From Oopsacas minuta (lineage: Eukaryota; Animalia; Porifera), in assembly GCA_024704765.1 (NCBI GenBank), contig JAKMXF010000066.1:372001-436000 (forward strand): a stretch of 64,000 bases of DNA, read 5' to 3'. Positions 44,594 to 64,000 of this stretch are shown here, piece after piece. The notes beneath the pieces are model-generated. The model saw nothing but the letters and a program-made list of their open reading frames with translations. It ran no database searches and was not told the DNA's origin. Position numbers and translations under genes: made by a program. Position 1 is the stretch's first letter; every line of letters begins with the position of its first letter.

Positions 44594-45062
44594 ATTTCTA
44601 AATATCTCGTATTGTTAGAATTTTTTATATTATTACTGTTTCTACATTAATATCACTTCACTTTTAATGTAATACATTGTAATTCATATTATTGTAAACT
44701 GTGTCTTTCTGTAGTTTAAGGGACTGTTGGTTAGAAAATTGTTTCAGCTCAATCGCCCCCATCAAGTTTACCTGCCGCATGAATATTGAAATTTAACTAC
44801 ACAACATATTTACTATTAACTACTTGTAGTAATTTTACTGATTATCTTGACATTCCTTTACCTCGCGTAATTATCATATTTTGAAGTAGAGTTAATGATA
44901 ATGAAATCGAACTTCCACCCGCCCGCATGCTTAGATGAACATCATGTGGAGCTGAAACAAGTTCCTCATTAATAGGAGGCTTACTATTAAATAGGAAATT
45001 ATTTGTTGATATTATTATATCTCATGTGATAATTCTGTATTACTGCAATTGCCTTAGCTTTC

Positions 45063-55673
<10,611 letters not shown>

Positions 55674-55943
55674 ACTAGAATTTCGTTAGTTTTATACTTA
55701 ATATCGCAAGTTAGTCCCTTATTAATAATAAATATGCGAATTCACGTTCACTTAATGCAGTCAGGTCAGGATCACGTATTGTGAACCGCAAGGGCACATA
55801 AATTGGCTAAACTTAATATTCATTCTCATTGAGATAATATTATGGTCACAGAATGTCATGGAATATTTCAAAATTGTATCTTTTCATATTTTGCTAGATG
55901 AAGCTCTGTAGTAAATACTAATTAGAAATTTGTACATGAATAG

Positions 55944-56174
55944 ATGTCACGTAGTGAGCTACAGAAGATTGTACTTCGACTGTATAGAGATTATCTGAGG
56001 GTAAGTTACAGGAAATTTGAAATGAGAGAGTACATTCGTAAAGAATTTCGTGCTCAAGCAAATAGCGTAAAAAAGACAGATATTCTGCATATAGAATCTC
56101 TTTTGAGAAGGGGGACAAATCAACTCAAGAAATTAAAAACTGCTGATAATGTTACAAATATGAAGATTGAATAA
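55944..56174 (+). CDS. SDHAF1: LYR-motif protein, succinate dehydrogenase assembly factor 1
   Basis: LQKIVLRLYRDYLR...IRKEFR...DILHIESLLRRG..QL matches the SDHAF1 pattern. Confidence 0.85.
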   Translation: MSRSELQKIVLRLYRDYLRVSYRKFEMREYIRKEFRAQANSVKKTDILHIESLLRRGTNQLKKLKTADNVTNMKIE

Positions 56175-56319
56175 AATCTCATTCAATTCTGATTATCTAC
56201 CTTACTTAATGATATTATCTCTTAACGTGTCTATATTGTTCTGCTGTAACTCTAGCTTAATATTTAAGCCATCTAGTGATAATTTTGATTATTTTATCAA
56301 ATTTGCTACAAAACTAAGC

Positions 56320-57693
56320 ATGGCTGATTTTCCTAGAAAATCAAATCGTTTGCAAATAAAGGCTAGAAACAAGAGAGCAGTAAATCGTGGATTAGAATAC
56401 AATTTCTCTACGGAACAAGATGAGGAAATAAGCAATGGACAGGATAGGATTATTGATAACTTTGAGCTGGACTCGATTATCAGGAAACCTACGAATAACT
56501 TTCTACGAGTACACAACAGCTATTGTACTTATGATTGTGGGAAATATGATGGTTATGATGAAGATTTTATTGATGATGGAGAATCCAATGGATATAGTAG
56601 TCAGGAAGATAGTACCAGCGATGAAATAGAAAATAGGAGATCAAGGATACTAAGATTTGATAGTAGTTCAGATGCAGAGATGGAACAGAGTGATTTCCAA
56701 TTCAATGATTCGAGCATACACACACAAACTGATTCAGATATTAGTTTATTAAGGACTCCTTGTAAGGATCTGGTACGTGGAGGCAAGAATGGATTGAAGC
56801 GTGAAAAAGCGCGATGTACCATATCTCATAGTGATGAAGATATTATGACTTCTGCAAGGAAACAGAAAATATCCGTATTGTCTTCCTCAACCGATTCTGA
56901 AATTGAAGCTACTTTAGATTCACCGTCTCTACGTACACCGTCAGTTAGAGCTATTAACTTACAGGCGAAAATGAGTAACAACCGTGAAGAAAAGTTTGCT
57001 AATTTCAAAGCTAATCGTCTTAAATCCAAGAGAGCAATAGAAGAGAAATCACCACCTGTATCTTCTATCGCAAACTTTGGTTTGATGGAGAAAACCCTGA
57101 GAGAAGAAGCTAGAGTGCTTCCTTCTGCTCATCAGAAATTATCCAGCATGTCACCGAATAGAGGTTTGATAGGGGATAATAGTGATTACAGCGGAGATGC
57201 TGATGAGTATGAAACAAGTTATATGGAAGCACTTAACCATACTAAACAAATGGTAGCAGAAGATGAACCAATACCCACCAGTTCAAAAATATTCAATGAG
57301 CCTACACAGCCTTTAGTATTTGAATTCTCTGATAATACTGCTTTTATTGAAGATACAGTTATGCCAGTAGAATCTCTCTCGATCAAGCAACAACTATTTT
57401 CCTGTTTTGATTCTAAGACGGATAATATTAAACCTAAGAAAATTTCTATTAACACAGCTACACAAATGGATAGTGAGTATGATATTGATAGTTACGAATA
57501 TCCAGCTATACTCTCTGCTTATGACATCACTATGGAGGAACTTATTGATTTCAGTCCTGTCGAATTAACAAATTCGATTTCTGATTATTCAAAGATTCCT
57601 ATAGATGTATGTGAGACAATTGGAATTCATAGCTCCAATGAATTGGGCTGCTCTAATCTGAAAACTTGTAAGAATTTATACGAGAACAAATAA
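56320..57693 (+). CDS. Hypothetical acidic Ser/Asp-rich, probably disordered protein
   Basis: Long open frame; first plausible ATG at 56320 (MADFPRK...); basic patches (ARKQKI, NRLKSKR) suggest nuclear localisation; family not recognised. Confidence 0.7.
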   Translation: MADFPRKSNRLQIKARNKRAVNRGLEYNFSTEQDEEISNGQDRIIDNFELDSIIRKPTNNFLRVHNSYCTYDCGKYDGYDEDFIDDGESNGYSSQEDSTSDEIENRRSRILRFDSSSDAEMEQSDFQFNDSSIHTQTDSDISLLRTPCKDLVRGGKNGLKREKARCTISHSDEDIMTSARKQKISVLSSSTDSEIEATLDSPSLRTPSVRAINLQAKMSNNREEKFANFKANRLKSKRAIEEKSPPVSSIANFGLMEKTLREEARVLPSAHQKLSSMSPNRGLIGDNSDYSGDADEYETSYMEALNHTKQMVAEDEPIPTSSKIFNEPTQPLVFEFSDNTAFIEDTVMPVESLSIKQQLFSCFDSKTDNIKPKKISINTATQMDSEYDIDSYEYPAILSAYDITMEELIDFSPVELTNSISDYSKIPIDVCETIGIHSSNELGCSNLKTCKNLYENK

Positions 57694-57982
57694 ATTACGT
57701 AAATGAACTTTCCCTATTGTCAATTATTTTCAGGTGCTGTTTTCGGGATTCAAAATTGTGAATTTTCTTCCTACGATTCAGTATTGATCTGTTCACGCAT
57801 ATTTTGGCAACATTTTCGAAAGATACCAGAGTCTAGGATGCTATTTTGAATCATATTCCCCACTTAAGTTCTACCGTGTCACGTGATTTAGTTGTTTTAT
57901 TATTAGCTTATAATAATACAGAAATACTTATGTACAATAGTTAATCTATCATGAGTTAGTTTGCATATTTAATAAACTGGCC

Positions 57983-59767
57983 TTATTGATCGTATTGACT
58001 GTACTGATAAGCTGGATAGTAATAATGTTGGTAAACAGGTTGGTATGGGGGGTAACCATAAGGGTGCATGTAAGGAGATTGGTAGGGATCTGGGTAGGAG
58101 CATTCTGGAGGGAAAAAATTCTTTGGGACGAATTCTTCTATTTTTACATCTTTATCTTCAAACTTTTTCAATTGAAGTGTATTTGATGAGTTTTTGTCCA
58201 TTTTCTTTCTACTTGAATTTGAATTTTGATCAGATTCTGCTTCTTTATCATGTTCATCTCTACTCGTTTCAGACTTGATAGAAATATCCAATAAGTCATT
58301 TCTTTTCTCTCTTACAGTATCAGAGTATTCCTGCTCCTTCACTACAACCAATGCTATCAAATCCTTGTATATACCTTGCCTACCATCATAGTTTAGTATA
58401 CCAACTATACTAACAATAGTTTTATGCTTACACACACTGAAACTTAGTGTACGTTTTGTTAGCGCGAATATTACCTGTACATTTTGTGATCTACATAGAC
58501 TACATATTGTAGTTATCTGGTGCTCTAATCCACCGATAGCTCGGCTCCTCTCTAGGTCACGTGCTATTACGACACACTTTAAGTTTTGAACACGAAGATG
58601 TTTTGTAACCTCATGGAATCCGAACACGAGCCTTTTCCTTCCTTTAGATTTTATCCTATTCATATCGTGTTGTCTTGCTTGAAGCTTCATCAGTTCATAC
58701 AGTAACTTAGTTGATAGCTCATCGATTTCTTTGTCAGGCATTTGGTAGCAATACTCGCGGAATTTTTTCGTGTGTAATCCAGGCAATCCCTCTCCAATGA
58801 AACTAACTTGAAAAGTTTCAATTTCCACTTTAGCTATTTCAGGTTTTGATTCGATTTCTTCTTTCTCATCTATATCTTCAGGGATAACTGTATCTGTTTC
58901 TTCAACTTTCACCTGAATTTTCACCTCTTCAATACTTGCATTTTGTGATACACTGCTATCACATGCATCAGTACATTCAATAGCTTCATGCTCAATCAAA
59001 TCAGAATCCACGAATGTTACTGTTATTTCTGGAATTGGCTTTTCTGTTGAAAAATCAATTGATTTATTCGTATCATCTATACTCGATTGTTTCCTCAAAT
59101 CTTTCTGCAGTTTTATTAATCTACGTTCTTCTAACACAAGCCTTTTTAGTTTGGTGGGTTTCTTTATCTTGGGAGTGACACGTTCCTTTCCTCTTCTTAC
59201 CAGAGGTGCAGTTGAATCCAGGACGTTTCTTGGTGTAATCGTATTTTTGGATTTTTTGTGTGTTTGCGAGCGAACAGTTACCCCAGTTGATATCTTTGTT
59301 TTGCTCGCATCTATATTCTTAGGAACTTCTCGGAATATATCACTCAAATTGAGTGACATTTCATTGACAGACCTGAGATAGTGAGATTCTGGCTTTTTCT
59401 TCTTTGATTTTTTCGTTTTCTTTGGTTTCTCTTTCTGAGGCAGCACGATTATACCTGGTATCTTCGTTGTTCCGATCTCACTTTTATCTTTTTGAATATA
59501 TTTCATTTGGTCTGTGTTATTATTAGCTAATTTGGGATATGTATTTTCTTTATTTCTTGTTTGATCTGGTTTATAATTCTGCAAACTCCTGACATTAAAA
59601 TCTCCCGAGAAGTCTTTACCAATCGGTTTGTTTGGTTTTGCCATTGGATGGGTTATTCTTTTTTGGAACGGCTTCCTGGGGACATAAGGATCGATAGGTG
59701 GAGGTTTGTCTTGCAATTTCTTTTGCTTGGGTTTAGCTACAACAGTCCATTCCTCGTTTGAAGCCAT
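57983..59767 (-). CDS. SECISBP2: SECIS-binding protein 2
   Basis: LDSTAP...RGKER...KKPTKLKRLVLEER motif, FREYCYQ, and L7Ae domain (KRLVFGFHEVTKHL...KCVVIARDLE...GGL). First ATG at 59767. Confidence 0.92.
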   Translation of the reverse strand: MASNEEWTVVAKPKQKKLQDKPPPIDPYVPRKPFQKRITHPMAKPNKPIGKDFSGDFNVRSLQNYKPDQTRNKENTYPKLANNNTDQMKYIQKDKSEIGTTKIPGIIVLPQKEKPKKTKKSKKKKPESHYLRSVNEMSLNLSDIFREVPKNIDASKTKISTGVTVRSQTHKKSKNTITPRNVLDSTAPLVRRGKERVTPKIKKPTKLKRLVLEERRLIKLQKDLRKQSSIDDTNKSIDFSTEKPIPEITVTFVDSDLIEHEAIECTDACDSSVSQNASIEEVKIQVKVEETDTVIPEDIDEKEEIESKPEIAKVEIETFQVSFIGEGLPGLHTKKFREYCYQMPDKEIDELSTKLLYELMKLQARQHDMNRIKSKGRKRLVFGFHEVTKHLRVQNLKCVVIARDLERSRAIGGLEHQITTICSLCRSQNVQVIFALTKRTLSFSVCKHKTIVSIVGILNYDGRQGIYKDLIALVVVKEQEYSDTVREKRNDLLDISIKSETSRDEHDKEAESDQNSNSSRKKMDKNSSNTLQLKKFEDKDVKIEEFVPKNFFPPECSYPDPYQSPYMHPYGYPPYQPVYQHYYYPAYQYSQYDQ

Positions 59768-60557
59768 GATTAGGTTAGACAATTACCATATAGTGAATTG
59801 AGTCAATTGAATGGCTAGCTATTGCCTATTGGTTCCTTTTAAAGCAATTTAATCATTCGTATTAATTTCATTATCTTATCTCCATGGCAATTGAATAGAG
59901 AATACTTGGGTGTAAATACACATGAGACATTAGATAGCAATGTAGGACCAAAATTACGAATTAAATCAACATCTGCAATCTATTTAGAATTTCATATTCC
60001 GTACCTGTATAGTTATGACCGTGAGATCTTTAATCCATTTTCCTTCCTAATTAATTATTTACAACTTCATTTAGTGACGATTTTCTACTTTACAGTTAAG
60101 CTTGCAGCGAATAAATGCTAAGATTATGTATGTATTTTCAGTAGAGCCCAGAATTTGTTAAATATTTTATTTACTCTATTTTCTAAATCGTAATTTTAAG
60201 TGCTAACATGGTAAATTTCAATGTTCTACGTTTGTGAACAAAAATTGATTAACAATTATTCTTTATGTTGTTTCTTATATACATAGTTAACAGATGGATA
60301 AGTTGTGTATATGTGTTCAATATATTATCTGAATATGATATGTTTTCGCCATAGCATTCTATAGTTTTCACATCGAACTAATGCCAAATCACGAGGATTT
60401 ATAGACACAGCCTTTAAAGGCTAAATTAGGTATCTATGCGAGTTGAGACATAGATATCAAATTTAGCTTGTATGCACTGCCAAGACATTCTTATAAGTGG
60501 ATTAAAGATCACTTCCTATAGAATAGAACCATACCAAAAAATTTGAAATTCTCAAGT

Positions 60558-61016
60558 ATGGATCCTAACTACCTACTTCTTCCTAATGAACATCAAGATT
60601 GTATGCTTATACCACACTTAGAATTTGTAAATAGGGCATTTGACTGGTCTCATAGGGATAAATCACCTGGTCGCTTTTTTGGGAGATTTCAATGTGACTG
60701 TGGTAATAAATGGGTAAGCGGTTGGACATGGTCAGGTAGAGGCCAGAAATGTCATATGTGTACTGATGAATATGGATGGAACGAAGTAGAATACACAAAG
60801 CCTTATGATGTAGAACCTCGAATGAGGCGTCCAATACGCCCACGATCACCCCCAAGATCCCCTCAACCAAGATCCCCTCAACCAAGATGGCCTCATGACT
60901 ATGAAAATTGCGAATATTGTGCTGAGCTATCTGGTTTCATCCGAAGAATACCGACACAGTCCGAGTGTGAGAAAGTGAGGTCTGGTGATCCATATTCACG
61001 TGCTTATATAGTTTAA
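60558..61016 (+). CDS. Stand-alone 3CxxC zinc-finger protein (ZCCHC24/ZAR1/RTP-type domain), copy 1
   Basis: FFGRFQCDCGNKWVSGWTW..RGQKCHMC...HDYENCEYC; first ATG at 60558. Confidence 0.85.
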   Translation: MDPNYLLLPNEHQDCMLIPHLEFVNRAFDWSHRDKSPGRFFGRFQCDCGNKWVSGWTWSGRGQKCHMCTDEYGWNEVEYTKPYDVEPRMRRPIRPRSPPRSPQPRSPQPRWPHDYENCEYCAELSGFIRRIPTQSECEKVRSGDPYSRAYIV

Positions 61017-61372
61017 CTAACTGAGTGTATTAGTTTCTTATGTATTTAAACTTGTATATTTGCTAGAGCCTGATTGAAGTACATATCCAAGTGATATATA
61101 TATAATTTTGTAGTTATTGTGCGCCTTTGTATTATCATAACCTTCAAACCTTAGCAAGATCGCACAAATCAAGATGGTTAATATCTAGTACAATATCAGT
61201 GTAGTGTATGCTGTCAATTTCTTATACTATTCTCGCTTCCTACTATTTGGGGGAGGAGCGATTTCTAAGATAATTATTGTAGCAAAAATTATATGCGGGA
61301 TGCGAATATACTATCCTGATCTGTGTCAGAACTTCTGATATTTTATGATAATTTAGTAGTAAACAGCACATA

Positions 61373-61858
61373 ATGGACGATGAATCCACTGAAATGAGTG
61401 ATAGCTCAGAAGATCATGATCATGATTATTGTTTATTCGTGCCATACATGGAAATACACAATGTAGAGTTCGACTGGTGGCATAAAGACCGAGATCCATG
61501 TCGATTTTTCGGGCGATTTCAATGTGATGAATGTCCAAATAAATGGACAAGCGCGTGGACCTGGCTAGGAAGAGGTCATAAATGTAGAGAATGTGTTTAT
61601 GCGTTTGGTTGGCATTCAGTCGAATACACTTTGCCATATGAAGTAGAACCTCGGATGAGGAATCCACCTCCTCGTCTGTATGGACCAATTGGACCACGAA
61701 GAAATCAAAATCATTTAGACTATAAGAATTGTGAGTTTTGTGCTGAAATATGCGGCTCCACGACAAAAATACCGAAAGACAGAAAATGCAACTATGTGAA
61801 TCCTGGCAACCCGTTCAGTAGGGCTTATCGACAACGAAGACGTAAGCATTACTCATAA
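61373..61858 (+). CDS. Stand-alone 3CxxC zinc-finger protein, copy 2
   Basis: FFGRFQCDECPNKWTSAWTWLGRGHKCREC...DYKNCEFC. Confidence 0.85.
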   Translation: MDDESTEMSDSSEDHDHDYCLFVPYMEIHNVEFDWWHKDRDPCRFFGRFQCDECPNKWTSAWTWLGRGHKCRECVYAFGWHSVEYTLPYEVEPRMRNPPPRLYGPIGPRRNQNHLDYKNCEFCAEICGSTTKIPKDRKCNYVNPGNPFSRAYRQRRRKHYS

Positions 61859-62396
61859 GAACACTCTCATTGAGTATCTAATGACTCTATAAGCTCAATA
61901 TAATCGCTATCTTCCTCTAATTCTATTTTACTAACTATCACTTTTCCTTTTTGAATTTTATCTCACTTTTTTTATTTTTCGAATTTTATCTCAATTATAC
62001 TCTCAATATCCCTTTTGTTACTGCCATAGGCATGTCTCTGTATTAGTGAAGTTCGTGTAATGTTCTTTACTTTCAAGTGATGCGACTTCCCCTATTTAAT
62101 TAGCTGCCTTAGCCAATCCCATCGAAATACTATACTACATCTACAATTTCAGTGAAACATTATACGTATTTTATAAGATACACCCCCTATCAATTCGTCT
62201 CTTCAGTAATATTTCCGATCTATATAATTGGCTCTTAAGTTCATTAGTTTAAACTATAAGCATGAACTCATAAGCTAGATCACCTCAAATATGAACTCAA
62301 TATTAGTGAACTAAGGCACATAAAAGGAGTAATTACCGTTAAATTTACTATAATTATAATTTCAAATAATAGCACAACAACAACAACAACAACATC

Positions 62397-62834
62397 ATGG
62401 CTCAGAGATACAATTCATTCACCCTTCATGCCCATTGCAAACATGTACCACACTTGAATGCTCAGGGAGAAACTTTCGATTGGTCTCATAAGCCGAAGCC
62501 ACCAGGTAGATTTTTCGGGAGATTTAAATGCGATACCTGCACACATGAGTGGGCTAGTGCTTGGACCTGGCTAGGTAGAGGTCAGAAGTGCAGAAATTGT
62601 ACTGATACTTTTGGTTGGCAGGCGGTAGCGTACACCATCCCCTACGAGGTAGACCCGCTAATGAGACGACCTCCCGGACCACGAGTTCATCGCAAAAAGC
62701 CAGATCACTACTACCAAAACTGTGAGTACTGTGCTGAACTGTGTGGCTCTCCTAGGAGGAAACCTTCTCACCATGCGTGTGGGAAAGGGAGATCTGGAGA
62801 TGTAGAGTTCCCAAGACCTTTCGGACGTAATTAG
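62397..62834 (+). CDS. Stand-alone 3CxxC zinc-finger protein, copy 3
   Basis: FFGRFKCDTCTHEWASAWTWLGRGQKCRNC...HYYQNCEYC; (CAA)n run just upstream of the ATG. Confidence 0.85.
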   Translation: MAQRYNSFTLHAHCKHVPHLNAQGETFDWSHKPKPPGRFFGRFKCDTCTHEWASAWTWLGRGQKCRNCTDTFGWQAVAYTIPYEVDPLMRRPPGPRVHRKKPDHYYQNCEYCAELCGSPRRKPSHHACGKGRSGDVEFPRPFGRN

Positions 62835-63169
62835 GCTACTAAGTGTTTCTAACTCACTCTCTTTTCTATCTAATATCTTGTTTCTTATAGTTACTAAGTG
62901 TTATGCTATTCTCTTGTTCAACGTGAATGAACTTTCTTTTACCTTTCAGCGTATATTAATGAATAACTTAGTTATTTGTATATACAATTTGAGTATAGAT
63001 TGTCAAATTTATTGACAGCTCTGATAAGATTACTGATAATAGTTGGGATACAAAAATATGATAGTAATTATTATTAATTAATGAGTTCTCTAAATGTGTA
63101 AGTTTTGTAATGTATATTGTGTCTGAACCACCTGATTCTTGTAAGTGAAAGCTGTAATAAATATAACTT

Positions 63170-63595
63170 TCATATTCTCTCAGTATACAGCTCTATCCCC
63201 ATGCTAGATAATTCTTTCTGTATATGCTTGCCTTCTTCTTCAAATAGTTTCCTTAATCTTTCCTTACGGTCTCGTATCAGTACTTGATTTGCGATACTAA
63301 CTTCTCCATCCATTTGTTTCTGTTTTCTTAACATAGTCCTCTCTCTGCATTTACTTTCTCTGTCGTTTGTCCATTTAGATAGAAGTTCTTTCCTTTCTCT
63401 CTCGTGTTTCTGTTGCTCAAAAGCCAACAGTTCTTTCTCCTTCATAGCCCGTTCATATGTCTTATGTGTGTTTATTATAGGGCTAGCTGGAGGTTTAGAT
63501 TTATCATAGATGTAGTTGCTTGAAAATTCGGTCATTAACGTAGGTTTCTTCAGTGATTTCATCATACCTATTCTTTCCTGGAATGTTTTGAACAT
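63170..63595 (-). CDS. CFAP141 (C1orf189)-like ciliary coiled-coil protein
   Basis: C-terminus EVSIANQVLIRDRKERLRKLFEEE...QKELSSMGIELYTERI resembles the CFAP141 C-terminus as recalled (EL..A...L...R...L..LFE.E...Q.EL..MG...Y.ER). Confidence 0.6.
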   Translation of the reverse strand: MFKTFQERIGMMKSLKKPTLMTEFSSNYIYDKSKPPASPIINTHKTYERAMKEKELLAFEQQKHERERKELLSKWTNDRESKCRERTMLRKQKQMDGEVSIANQVLIRDRKERLRKLFEEEGKHIQKELSSMGIELYTERI

Positions 63596-64000
63596 TTCTT
63601 ATATGCAATTTGTAATAAAGTTATGGATAGATGCCTAATTGACTGCTCTTTGTAAGCGCCTTCTGTAATTAACTAATGATTCTCGGAAAGACGAGTAAAT
63701 TGTTTGCGAATGAGTATTTTTGCTATATTTATAGTTACCAAATGAACTCTATTTCCTCTATGATTTGATTTGTGTCCGTCTGCTAGAGCCAGCTAGGCTA
63801 AGTCACGTCTTACTCAATTATGTCCCAAATTAGCTACTAAATCATTTCTCTAATATTCATCAACTTTATATGTGTTAATTAGTTTAAAAACTTAAGTAAT
63901 ATGATTAAGTTTCTGATTTAAGGGTATTATTATTGGAATTAAAGTTATAAATGTGCTTTCTATGCATTAATTTGTGTTACATTTTATTATTTGTAAAATA

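Noticed and set aside
56167-56319. Overlap of the 508-aa ORF with SDHAF1
   Set aside because: The overlap depends on a TTG start; the first plausible ATG is at 56320.

Overview
AT-rich, compact eukaryotic (animal) genomic DNA with short GT-AG introns and many nested genes. My impression is an early-branching metazoan such as a sponge, but the sequence does not prove this. Genes, left to right: two coiled-coil + tandem ubiquitin-like genes lacking C-terminal Gly-Gly; NBR1; DNA polymerase eta; a TRMT9B-like methyltransferase; NCBP2; PIG-A; ZnT5; a vault PARP (PARP4); an orphan ORF; mitochondrial-type IleRS; SDHAF1; an acidic orphan; SECISBP2; three tandem 3CxxC zinc-finger genes; a CFAP141-like gene. 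PIG-A introns hold a small membrane-protein ORF, two paralogous RelE/YoeB-like ORFs and a tRNA-Asp. IleRS introns hold ArgRS, ALKBH7 and a small ORF. Main discovery candidate: the nine-exon PARP4 core (BRCT-PARP-VIT-vWA, minus strand 42999-37232) ends at a phase-0 donor. Five large terminal exons follow (A-E, 36437-23963), each opening with a phase-0 acceptor and ending in a PARP4 C-terminal MVP-binding domain, which fits mutually exclusive alternative last exons. Each exon's linker carries different fragments of conserved host proteins: actin N-terminus/D-loop, R-SNARE motifs, 14-3-3 helices, ribosomal P-stalk tail, AGC-kinase tail, WH2, FUBI-eS30 junction, a ubiquitin fragment and about 35 Pol II CTD heptads. 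This suggests a vault-loaded 'integrated decoy' repertoire. Second candidate: a pair of intronless animal genes with bacterial YoeB/RelE toxin-like motifs and possible mitochondrial leaders. All homology calls were made by eye against remembered reference sequences and need profile searches to confirm.
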